A stretch of DNA of 64,000 nt, from contig CAWBMV010000037.1 of NCBI GenBank assembly GCA_963789955.1, forward strand, positions 96,001 through 160,000, written 5' to 3'. The notes beneath the pieces are model-generated. The model ran no database searches. It was not told the DNA's origin and was given only the letters and a program-made list of their open reading frames with translations. Shown piece by piece: positions 1-8,471 of the stretch (position 1 is its first letter; each line of letters begins with the position of its first letter). The position numbers were made by a program, and so were the translations under genes. The DNA comes from an uncultured Candidatus Rokubacteria bacterium. GTDB taxonomy: Bacteria; Methylomirabilota; Methylomirabilia; Rokubacteriales; CSP1-6.

Positions 1-1408
1 CCTGAAGGACCTGGCTCGCCACTTCGGCGTCGCCGCCGAAGGCCGGACCTACGTCGAAGGCTCGCAGATCACGCGCGAGTTCCACGAATCGCCCGAGCGG
101 CTCATGGCCTACGCGGGCGATGACGCGATCGAGACGCTCGCGATCGGGTCGATCCTGGCGCCGCCGTACTTCGCGCAGGCGCAGACGGTACCCTTCGACT
201 ATCAGTCGTGCACGTTGCGCGGCGCGGCCGCCAAGATCGACGCGCTCGTGCTTCGCGAGTACCTCGCGCGGGGCCAGGCGGTGCCCCTGCCCAGACCGGT
301 CGGTCCCGTCGGCGGCGGCCACACCGTGATCTGTCAGGAAGGCGTCGCTCGGCCTGTCCTGCACGTGGACGTCACCTCGCTCTACCCCTCGCTGATGCTC
401 GCCAAGTCCATCGCGCCCGCGTCCGACACGCTCGGCGTCTTCCCGGAGCTTCTGCAGCACCTGCGCGACTTCCGCGTGCGCGCCAAGCGCCTGGCCCGCG
501 AAGCGGCCGAGCCCGCCGAGCGCGCGCATCTGGGTGCGCTGCAGCAGTCCTTCAAGATCCTGATCAACGCGTTCTACGGCTATCTCGCGTTCAGCGGCGG
601 GCACTGGAACGACTTCGACGCCGCCGACCGCGTGACCGCCGAGGGGCGGGCCGTGGTCACGGCGATCCTGGCGGGGCTCGAGAGTCTCGGCGCGGTGCCG
701 GTCGAGGCCGATACCGACGGCGTCTACTTCGTGCCGCCGTCGGGACACTCAGCGGCCGACGACGAAGCGCTGCTCGAACGCCTCACGGCGGGCCTCCCGT
801 CGGGCATCCAGCTCGAGCTGGACGGCCGGTACGCGGCGATGTTCAGCTACAAGATGAAGACCTACGCGCTGCTCGACGAGCGAGGCCGCCTGAGCCTCAA
901 GGGCTCGGCGTTCCGCTCGCGCGGCCTCGAGCCCTTCCAGCGGCAGATCATCGGCGAGATCGTCCGCTGCCTCGTGCAGGGACGCCGTGCCGAGGCGCGC
1001 GCGATCATCGACCGCTGGCTCCGCGACTTCGCCGCGCACCGCGTCGAGCTTCGCGCCTTCGCGAGGACCGAGACCCTTCAAGAATCACTCGAGGCATATC
1101 GCGAAAAGGTGCGGATCGGCGCGCGCTCGGCGTCGGCGGCGTACGAGCTCGCCGTGGCCTCGGAGCGCGCGGTGCAGCCCGGCGACCAGATTTCCTATTA
1201 CGTGGCGGGCCGCGGGCCGAACGTCACGGTCAACGAGTACGCGAAGCTGGCCAGCCTCTGGGACGCGGCGCGCCCCGACGAGAACGTCGAGTACTACCAG
1301 ACGAAGGTTCTCGAGATCTGGGAGCGCTTCCGCGCCTTCGCCGACTTCGACGGTCTACGGCCTCCGGCGGCGGAGACGGAGACGAACGCCCAGCTCACAC
1401 TCTTCTAG
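1..1408 (+). CDS. Family B DNA polymerase (5' end outside window)
   Basis: Frame open from position 2; PolB motifs DVTSLYPS, KILINAFYG, ADTDG; C-terminal QLTLF clamp-binding-like motif. Confidence 0.92.
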   Translation, partial: LKDLARHFGVAAEGRTYVEGSQITREFHESPERLMAYAGDDAIETLAIGSILAPPYFAQAQTVPFDYQSCTLRGAAAKIDALVLREYLARGQAVPLPRPVGPVGGGHTVICQEGVARPVLHVDVTSLYPSLMLAKSIAPASDTLGVFPELLQHLRDFRVRAKRLAREAAEPAERAHLGALQQSFKILINAFYGYLAFSGGHWNDFDAADRVTAEGRAVVTAILAGLESLGAVPVEADTDGVYFVPPSGHSAADDEALLERLTAGLPSGIQLELDGRYAAMFSYKMKTYALLDERGRLSLKGSAFRSRGLEPFQRQIIGEIVRCLVQGRRAEARAIIDRWLRDFAAHRVELRAFARTETLQESLEAYREKVRIGARSASAAYELAVASERAVQPGDQISYYVAGRGPNVTVNEYAKLASLWDAARPDENVEYYQTKVLEIWERFRAFADFDGLRPPAAETETNAQLTLF

Positions 1409-1416
1409 CGACACGC

Positions 1417-1951
1417 GTGGTCACGATCGTCCACCCGGTCCTGCCGGCGGCAGGCCGGCTCATCTGCGGGCCGCGGCCCTCGCGGCCGTTCCGCGCAGGG
1501 CTTGCGGCGCTGGTCGACGCTCGGTGTCTCGACGATCGCGTGCCTGCTCGACGACCACGAGATGCCGGCGGAGCTCGTCGCGGTGTACGACACGTCGGCG
1601 CTCACAATCCTCCGCCACGCGATTCCCGACTTCGGTCGGCCGGCGGACGCCGGCGGTCTGGCGGTCTTCGTGAACGACCTTCTCGACCGGCTGCGACGTG
1701 GCGAGACGATCTACCTGCACTGCCTCGCCGGGATCGGTCGAACCGGAACCGTGCTCGCGTGTCTGCTGAAGACGGCCGGCGCGGCGGGCGATCCCGTCGA
1801 GCTCGTCAGGACGATCTACGATCCCCGGGCGCTCGAGACCGAGGAGCAACAGCGATTCGCCCGGGCTTTCGTGCCCGGACCCGCTACCAGACCAGGCTCA
1901 GCTGCCGGGGCGACCTCTGATCCGGGCGATCCGCGCGGCGCCGAGAGCTGA
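1417..1951 (+). CDS. Dual-specificity/tyrosine phosphatase-like protein (probable frameshift near 1520)
   Basis: CX5R active site HCLAGIGRT and IPDFG acid loop in ORF 1502-1951; plausible N-terminus from GTG 1417 in another frame. Confidence 0.75.
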
Positions 1952-2825
1952 GCCCAACTTCGTCCGCCAGGCGCCGCACTCGCTCCTCCGTCTCGCGCAC
2001 GTATTCGGCGGGCGCGTAGGCCGCCCCGCGATAGAGGCGCTCGTACTCGGGCACCAGGCGCGGGAAGTCGACCGCGAGGAAGTCGAGAAAGATCTCGCGC
2101 GTGCCCGGCCGCAGGAAGAGCACGTTGGACTCGGCTCCAATCGCTCCGGCGTCGCGAGCCGCCAGCAGCAACGCGCGCAGGTTCTCCTCGTCATCGGTCA
2201 GGCGCGGCAGGATCGGCATGATGAAGAGCCGCGCCGCGACGCCGGCGTCGGCGAGCGCCCTCATGGCCGTGAAGCGAAGGTCGGGCCGCGGCGCCCGGGG
2301 CTCGAGCCTCCGAGCCAGCGCCGCGTCGATGGTGATGATCGAGAGGTTCACGGTCACGTCCGAGGCAGCCGAGATCTCCCGGAGAAGGCCGGCGTCGCGT
2401 GAGACGAGGGTGGACTTGGTCGTGATCGACAGATGGAGCCCCGGGACGGCACGGGCGGCCTCGAGGACGCGCCGGGTCACCTCGAATCTCCCCTCGGCCG
2501 GCTGATAGGGATCCGTCGCGGTCCCGATCGCCACGCTCTGGCCGCTTCGCCGAGCACGGCGCAGCTGGGCCACCAGCCGGTCGCGATCGGCGTCCTTCAC
2601 ATAGATCGTCCGCTCGAACGCGGTGGGATCGTTCAGCCCGAGGAACTCGTGCGTGTAGCGCGCGAAGCAGTAGCGGCAGGCCATCTCGCAGCCGCGATAC
2701 GGATTCACGGTCCAGCCGAACGGCATCGGCCGGCCGTTGAACTTGTTCAGGAGGTCCTTGGCGCGAAGCTGGTGATATTCGACGCCACGTCGCTCGTCGA
2801 TCGTGAGCCCGAGCCTCTCCGCCAT
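1884..2825 (-). CDS. Radical SAM protein, SplB/Rv2578c-like DNA-repair-associated family
   Basis: NPYRGCEMACRYC (CX3CX2C), GTATDPYQP, ITTKS; ends RQLSLVW; true start may be ATG 2881. Confidence 0.88.
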   Translation of the reverse strand: MAERLGLTIDERRGVEYHQLRAKDLLNKFNGRPMPFGWTVNPYRGCEMACRYCFARYTHEFLGLNDPTAFERTIYVKDADRDRLVAQLRRARRSGQSVAIGTATDPYQPAEGRFEVTRRVLEAARAVPGLHLSITTKSTLVSRDAGLLREISAASDVTVNLSIITIDAALARRLEPRAPRPDLRFTAMRALADAGVAARLFIMPILPRLTDDEENLRALLLAARDAGAIGAESNVLFLRPGTREIFLDFLAVDFPRLVPEYERLYRGAAYAPAEYVRETEERVRRLADEVGLSSRRRADRPDQRSPRQLSLVW

Positions 2826-2903
2826 CCCGGGTGCGGCAACACCGGGCTTGATCGGCTGGCCTAGGCCTCTTCAGTCGTCATGTGTTGAGTATAGCAGGCC
2901 CAT

Positions 2904-2942
2904 AGAAAAACCCGGGGTCCGACGGTGGGATCCCCGGGTTCT
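2904..2942 (-). terminator. Rho-independent terminator of the RRM gene
   Basis: Minus strand AACCCGGGGATCC-loop-GGACCCCGGGTT followed by a U-tract, immediately after the RRM stop. Confidence 0.8.
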
Positions 2943-2953
2943 TGTCTACGTGC

Positions 2954-3289
2954 CTACCGGCGCCATCCGCCGCCGCCGCCACCACCGCCGGGGCGTGGCC
3001 CGCGGTCGCCTCGCGGACCGCCGCCTGCTCCGGTCCGCTGCGGCTGTGGCCGCGCCTCGTCGACGACGAGGTTCCGGTCCCTGAACAGCCGGCCGTTCAG
3101 CATCTCGACTGCCTTGCCAGCCTCTTCCTTGGTCGCCATCTCGACGAACCCGAATCCGCGCGGCCGACCGGTGAACTGGTCCGTGATGATTCGGACTGTT
3201 TCGACGGTCCCGGCCTGCTGGAAGAGCTCGCGAAGGTCCTCCTCGGTGGCCTGGAAAGAGAGGTTTCCTACGAACAACTTTGCGGCCAT
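2954..3289 (-). CDS. RRM RNA-binding protein with Gly/Arg-rich tail
   Basis: RNP2 LFVGNL, RNP1 RGFGFVEM; AGGAGG RBS upstream. Confidence 0.95.
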   Translation of the reverse strand: MAAKLFVGNLSFQATEEDLRELFQQAGTVETVRIITDQFTGRPRGFGFVEMATKEEAGKAVEMLNGRLFRDRNLVVDEARPQPQRTGAGGGPRGDRGPRPGGGGGGGGWRR

Positions 3290-3427
3290 CGCACGACCTC
3301 CTAGCCCTAACGAAAGCGGCGGAATTAGGACGTTACTTCCGGGCTGCCCCGTGCTGGCGCAAAGATATATGACAACGGGTGACGCATGTCAAGTTGATCG
3401 AAAAATGAGTGAATCAAACCGAAAGAA

Positions 3428-4222
3428 TCAAAGATAGACGCCGCGAGTCGCGCCACCGTCGACGGTGATGCACACGCCCGTGATGAACGAGGCGCGGGCC
3501 GATACCAGAAAGCAGACGAGATCGGAAATGTCTTCAGGCGTCGCGATCCGCTTGAGCGGATACTGACTCGCCGCTTCGGCGCGCTGCGCCTCGACGGTCG
3601 TGCCCGCCAGCGCTGCTTGCTGAGCGATCAGACTCTCCCAGCGCGCGGTGGCGGTCGCCGCCGGCGACACGGCGGTGACGAGAATGTTCGATGGCGCGCC
3701 GAGGTCGGCGAGACCCTTCGAGAAGTTTATGAGCCCCGAGTTCGCGATGCCGCCTGTCAGATAGCCCGGAGTCGGATTCCGCGCGGCGGCGCCGACGACG
3801 TTGACGATGCGTCCCCCGCCCTGCGCTTGCATCATCGGGAACACGGCGCGAGCCATCCGGACGTATCCGAGAATCTTCAGGCTCCAGTCACCGGCCCACT
3901 GCTCGTCGGGAATCTTGAGGAAGTCGCCGCCGCGGATCGCGCCGGCGTTGTTGATCAGGATGTCGATCCGTCCGAACCGCTCCTTGACCGTCGCGGCGAC
4001 CCGATTGACCTCGTCGAGCCGGCTCAGATCGCCCGGCACGATGAGCGCCTCGGCGTTGGTCTTCGCCTTGACCTCCTGTGCCGTCTGCTCGAGCCGCGAC
4101 TTGTCGCGCGCGCAGATCGCGACTCTCGCGCCCTCCGCGGCGAGACCGAACGCGATGGCCCGCCCGATTCCCTGACTTCCACCCGTCACCAGCGCCGTCT
4201 TACCGGTCAGTTCGAGGTTCAC
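3428..4222 (-). CDS. SDR family oxidoreductase
   Basis: TGGSQGIG, NNAG; GTG 4222 with AAGGAG RBS, overlapping the upstream stop. Confidence 0.9.
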   Translation of the reverse strand: MNLELTGKTALVTGGSQGIGRAIAFGLAAEGARVAICARDKSRLEQTAQEVKAKTNAEALIVPGDLSRLDEVNRVAATVKERFGRIDILINNAGAIRGGDFLKIPDEQWAGDWSLKILGYVRMARAVFPMMQAQGGGRIVNVVGAAARNPTPGYLTGGIANSGLINFSKGLADLGAPSNILVTAVSPAATATARWESLIAQQAALAGTTVEAQRAEAASQYPLKRIATPEDISDLVCFLVSARASFITGVCITVDGGATRGVYL

Positions 4223-4785
4223 GAGATCTCCTTTCGTATCGGAAATGCCGGGACCGTTTGCCAATCGAGCTGAAAGATCCGTTCGACCGTGCGGCCGACC
4301 GCGAGGGCGAACGCTTCGAGGTCGAGCCCGTCGAGCGTTTGCCCGCGAAGCCGCCGCCGGCCCTCGTCGAGCAGCGCCCGGGCGCCGGCGAAGTTGCCGT
4401 TGGCGAGATGCTGGTAGCCGACCGCGATCTGGATCAGGCCCTGCAGCGCCTCGCGCTCGCCACCTGCGGCATCGCGCCAGGCGGGCTCGAGGAGCTCGTG
4501 CACCTCGAAGTAGAGATGCGCGTCGAACAGCGCCGCGGCCGCCTCGAGAACGTCCGCGCGCGAGCGCATTCGCTCGCTCGCCCGGGCGGCGAGCGCGGCG
4601 TCCGCGCTCAACGCCCGCTGCCGGATCAGCGGTCGGCAGTCGAGATCGCCGGGCTCCAGCCAGTCGGGCGGCGCCTCGGTCTCTGCGAGGGCGGCGAGCT
4701 CACGGCGTGCCTCGGGCTGCTCCAGCGCGGCCAGAATGATCTCGGCGAGACGGTTTCGGACCCGTAGTGGCGCGGTCGGGATCAC
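4219..4785 (-). CDS. DUF309 domain protein
   Basis: YFEVHELLEPAW...LQGLIQIAVGYQH signature. Confidence 0.8.
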   Translation of the reverse strand: MIPTAPLRVRNRLAEIILAALEQPEARRELAALAETEAPPDWLEPGDLDCRPLIRQRALSADAALAARASERMRSRADVLEAAAALFDAHLYFEVHELLEPAWRDAAGGEREALQGLIQIAVGYQHLANGNFAGARALLDEGRRRLRGQTLDGLDLEAFALAVGRTVERIFQLDWQTVPAFPIRKEIS

Positions 4786-5264
4786 ACGATGCCCGCGACG
4801 GCCCCGGGCGTTTCGACCGGCACCGGCGCGGCGGCCTCGGGCTCCGGCAAGTGCTCGACCCGCGTCCCGGCGATCAGGTCGTGCAGCGCGCGCTTGTCGT
4901 GCCGAAGCCCGGCCATCACGAAGCCCAGGGTGAGCGTCGCGACCGAGGCGAAGTACGCCCCGAACCGAAGGAGCGCGGCGCCGAACGGCGGGGGCCCTTC
5001 CTCGCCGGCCACGACCCTGACCCCGACGAGCATCTTGCCGATCGTCTGCCCCGCGAGGCTGTGCAGCACGGTCGTGTAGGCTCCGGCGAAGACCAGGGTG
5101 AAGACGGCCACCAGGGGCTTGAGCGTCGCGGCGCTATCGACGTCGCCGCCCAGCATGCGACGGCCGATGAGCCCCAGCGAGAACTGCACGAAGGCGAACA
5201 CGACGAAGTCGAGGCCGGCGGCGAGCGCGCGAATCCAGAAGCCGGCGGGGCGAGGCTCAATCAT
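4782..5264 (-). CDS. RDD family membrane protein
   Basis: AGFWIRALAAGLD, GQTIGKM, KRALHDLIAGTRV. Confidence 0.88.
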   Translation of the reverse strand: MIEPRPAGFWIRALAAGLDFVVFAFVQFSLGLIGRRMLGGDVDSAATLKPLVAVFTLVFAGAYTTVLHSLAGQTIGKMLVGVRVVAGEEGPPPFGAALLRFGAYFASVATLTLGFVMAGLRHDKRALHDLIAGTRVEHLPEPEAAAPVPVETPGAVAGIV

Positions 5265-5282
5265 GCCGCGTATAATATCGCC

Positions 5283-6479
5283 ATGATTTCGGTGCAGGAC
5301 GGCCAAAATCAGATCCTTCGCCAGCTCGCCGAACCGACACCGCCCGAGGTCGTCGCGGTGACCCGCGCGCGCGATCGCGTGCTCGCCGAGGATCTGCCCG
5401 CGCCGTTCGACGTGCCGCCGGCGGACAACTCGGCCGTCGACGGCTACGCCGTGGCGAGCGACGACGTGCCGGCCGCGAACACGCGCGAGCTCGCCGTGAT
5501 CGCCGAGCTGGCGGCCGGCACCGTGTTCGCCGGCACCGTCGCGTCGGGCCAGACCGTGCGCATCATGACCGGCGCGCCGATGCCGCGCGGCGCCGACACC
5601 GTGTACCCGCAAGAGGTGGTCGAGCGGCGCGGCGATCGCCTGAAGGTCGGCTCGATTTCCAAGGGCGCCAACGTCAGGAAGCGCGGCGAGGACGTCCAGG
5701 CGGGCACGATCGCGATCGAGCGCGGCACCGTTCTGCGCCCGCAGGAGCTCGGGCTCATCACCTCGCTCGGCCAGTGGCAGGTGCTCGTGCACCGCCGCCC
5801 GCGCGTGGCCCTTCTCTCGACCGGCGACGAGGTCGTCGAGCCCGGCACGCCGCGCAAGCCCGGCCAGATCTACGACGCCAATCGCTTCACGTTGCGCGGC
5901 TCGGTCGAGCAGTGCGGCGGCGAGGTCATCGATCTCGGCATCGTGGCCGACGCGCGCGACGAGCTTCGGACGCGGCTGCTCGAGGCGGCGGAGATCGGCG
6001 ACATCGTCGTGACATCGGGCGGCGTGTCGGTCGGCGCGCACGACCTGGTGAAGGACGTGCTCGGCGAGATCGGCGCGATCGACTTCTGGCAGGTGGCGAT
6101 GCAGCCCGGACGCCCGCTGGCCTTCGGGCGCATCGGATCGGCGCACTTCTTCGGGCTGCCCGGCAACCCGGTCGCCTCGATGCTGGCGTTCATGCTCTTC
6201 GTCCGGCCGGCGATCTACAAGCTGGCCGGCCGGCGCCGCCTGTTCCCCGAGATGGCCGAGGCGACGGCCGTCGAGACCATGAGCAAGAAGAAGGGCCGCC
6301 GCGAGTTCAAGCGCGGCGTCGTCCACTGGAAGAACGGCCGCTGGGAGGCGCGGACGACGGGACCGCAGGGTTCCGGTATCCTCTCCTCGATGGCGGCGGG
6401 CAATTGCCTCATCGTGCTCGAAGAAGAGCGAGGCGACGTGGCGGTCGGTGAGACCGTTCTCGTCGAGCCGTTCGCATGA
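5283..6479 (+). CDS. moeA: Molybdopterin molybdotransferase
   Basis: DNSAVDGYA, RIMTGAPMP, STGDE, TSGGVSVG, GLPGNP. Confidence 0.95.
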   Translation: MISVQDGQNQILRQLAEPTPPEVVAVTRARDRVLAEDLPAPFDVPPADNSAVDGYAVASDDVPAANTRELAVIAELAAGTVFAGTVASGQTVRIMTGAPMPRGADTVYPQEVVERRGDRLKVGSISKGANVRKRGEDVQAGTIAIERGTVLRPQELGLITSLGQWQVLVHRRPRVALLSTGDEVVEPGTPRKPGQIYDANRFTLRGSVEQCGGEVIDLGIVADARDELRTRLLEAAEIGDIVVTSGGVSVGAHDLVKDVLGEIGAIDFWQVAMQPGRPLAFGRIGSAHFFGLPGNPVASMLAFMLFVRPAIYKLAGRRRLFPEMAEATAVETMSKKKGRREFKRGVVHWKNGRWEARTTGPQGSGILSSMAAGNCLIVLEEERGDVAVGETVLVEPFA

Positions 6480-8041
6480 CCAACAAGGTCTCCGTCGACC
6501 TCATCGACACCGTCACGCCGATGGTCGAGACTCGCGTACGCGAGGCCGCGCGCCGACTGCCCCACCTGCGCTATGCCGACATCCGGCTCGAGGTCACCGA
6601 GGCCAAGGGCGCCGGGTCGGAGAACGGCACGCCCAAGTTCTCCGGCGACGACTACGGCTTCTCGCTCGGCGCGCGCGTCCTCGCCGGCGACCGGATGATC
6701 GCGCCGGGCTACGTCGGGCAGACGCTCGGCACCGCCGATCTGGCCGACCTCGACCGGATCGTGCGCGAAGCGCTCGAGCGGGCCTATCGGCGCGCGATGG
6801 TGAACGGCGAGATGAAGGCCGACGCGCGCGAGAAGTACGGGGCCCTCGGCGAGTCGCTCGCCGACACGCGCCTGCACCCGGTCGAGGTGCGCCAGGACAA
6901 GGTCGCGGCCGTCTACCGGGTCGATCCGCGCACGATGTCGCTCACCGAGATGGTGCGCTACGCGACCGACGTCTCCCGCCAGGTCGCGGCCGTCGACACG
7001 GGGGTCAAGTACAACTACGTCGGGACGGTGACCGAGCTCTCGCGCGAGCTCTTCGTGTCGAGCGAGGGCGCGCGGATCGATCAGTCGTTCGCGCTGACCA
7101 TGGGCACCTGCACGGTCGTCACCGTCGACGGCGAGGTGAGCCAGGATCTGTACGACGCGCTCGGGCACCAGCGCGGCTGGGAGATCTTGCTCGACGGCGT
7201 CGACGAGGCGGCGCTGCGCTTTCCGAGCTTCCTCGATTTCGCGCTGAGCCTGGCGCGCGAGGGCGTGGCGCTCGCGGCCGCCCCGGTGCTGCCGACCTCG
7301 GACGGCGACGTGGTCGTGGTCACCGATCCGCACTACAACACGCTCGTGTCCCACGAGATCATCGGCCATCCCGTCGAGCTCGACCGCGCGCTCAAGATGG
7401 AGACGGCGTACGCCGGGCGCTCCTGGCTGCTCGGCGGGCTCACCGAGCATCAGGTCGGCCGCCGGGTCGCCTCGCCGCTCGTGACCGCGTACTCGGATCC
7501 GGCGCTGCCGGGCTTCGGCCACTACAAGTACGATCACGAGGGCACGCCGGCGCGCCGCGTCGTCCACATCGACCGCGGCATCTTCCGTGGCTTCATGAAC
7601 AGCCGGCAGACCGCGGCGATCTTCGGCGGGGAGCCCAACGGCCACTGGAAGGCGACCGACGCCTCGCTGGTGCCGCTGATCCGGATGTCCAACACCGTGT
7701 TCGACGCGGGCGCGCGGCCGGCGGACGACATCGTGAAGGAAGTCGACCACGGCTACTACGTGGCCGGACACCGCACGCCGTCGATCGCCGAGAGCCGCGA
7801 GAACTTCCGCATCTCCGCGCGCGGCGTCTACGAGATCCGCAACGGCGAGCTCGGGCGGCTCTACCGCGACGGCGGCATCGCCGCCGACTCGCGCGACTAC
7901 CTCATGAACGTCGACGCGGTCGGCACCGACTTCCGGCTCTACCCGATCCCCAACTGCGGCAAGGGCCAGCCGATGCAGACCAAGAAGCTCGGCAACGGCG
8001 GCCCGACGATGCGCACGCGCGCGCGGGTGATCGGCGGCTAG
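6476..8041 (+). CDS. TldD-family metalloprotease subunit (divergent)
   Basis: HEIIGH Zn motif, RMSNT, C-terminal CGKGQP. Confidence 0.88.
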   Translation: MTNKVSVDLIDTVTPMVETRVREAARRLPHLRYADIRLEVTEAKGAGSENGTPKFSGDDYGFSLGARVLAGDRMIAPGYVGQTLGTADLADLDRIVREALERAYRRAMVNGEMKADAREKYGALGESLADTRLHPVEVRQDKVAAVYRVDPRTMSLTEMVRYATDVSRQVAAVDTGVKYNYVGTVTELSRELFVSSEGARIDQSFALTMGTCTVVTVDGEVSQDLYDALGHQRGWEILLDGVDEAALRFPSFLDFALSLAREGVALAAAPVLPTSDGDVVVVTDPHYNTLVSHEIIGHPVELDRALKMETAYAGRSWLLGGLTEHQVGRRVASPLVTAYSDPALPGFGHYKYDHEGTPARRVVHIDRGIFRGFMNSRQTAAIFGGEPNGHWKATDASLVPLIRMSNTVFDAGARPADDIVKEVDHGYYVAGHRTPSIAESRENFRISARGVYEIRNGELGRLYRDGGIAADSRDYLMNVDAVGTDFRLYPIPNCGKGQPMQTKKLGNGGPTMRTRARVIGG

Positions 8042-8464
8042 ATGCGCGGCGCGCTGACCGTCGTCGGGGCCGTCGGCCTGCTGTTCGCCACCGCCGCGCC
8101 CGCGGCGCCCCCCGAATATCCCGTCAACTTCATCAAGGTCGACGAGCTCAAGAGCTTCCTCGACCGCGGCACCAAGGCGGACATCATCGACGTCCGGCAC
8201 TGGGAGCAGTTCGTCGAGAGCCACATCAAGGGCGCCCGCTCGATGCCGCTCCGTGTCGTCAACGACCGCGCCCCCGAGATCTCCAAGACAGGGCTGGTAG
8301 TCTTTTACTGAACGTGCCCGCACGCGCTGTCCCGGGGGGCCAGCGACATTCTGTACTAGCTCGGATGGCGGAATCATCGCGTGCTCGAGGAAGGGCTTCC
8401 CGGATGGATGGACAAGGGCTACCCCGTCGAGGGACGGAACCCGACGGCGCCGCCCGGGCACTGA
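8042..8464 (+). CDS. Exported rhodanese-domain protein, probable selenoprotein (UGA 8309-8311; additional in-frame TAG 8357-8359)
   Basis: Signal peptide; IIDVR, SHIKGA, VVFY-TGA-TCPH; the same frame continues to LEEGLPGW..GYPVEG and stops at 8462-8464. Confidence 0.75.
8312..8348 (+). promoter_or_regulatory. Putative bacterial SECIS element
   Basis: CGCTG(8325-8329)/CAGCG(8341-8345) plus CCC/GGG stem with a G-rich apical loop about 23 nt 3' of the UGA. Confidence 0.55.
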
Positions 8465-8471
8465 GCACACG

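Noticed and set aside
1..1408. Prophage or pipolin origin for PolB
   Set aside because: No integrase, structural or other mobile genes nearby; codon usage matches the host
8042..8311. 89-aa ORF as a complete small protein or as a TldD/E RiPP precursor
   Set aside because: It is the N-terminal two-thirds of a rhodanese fold that continues past the UGA
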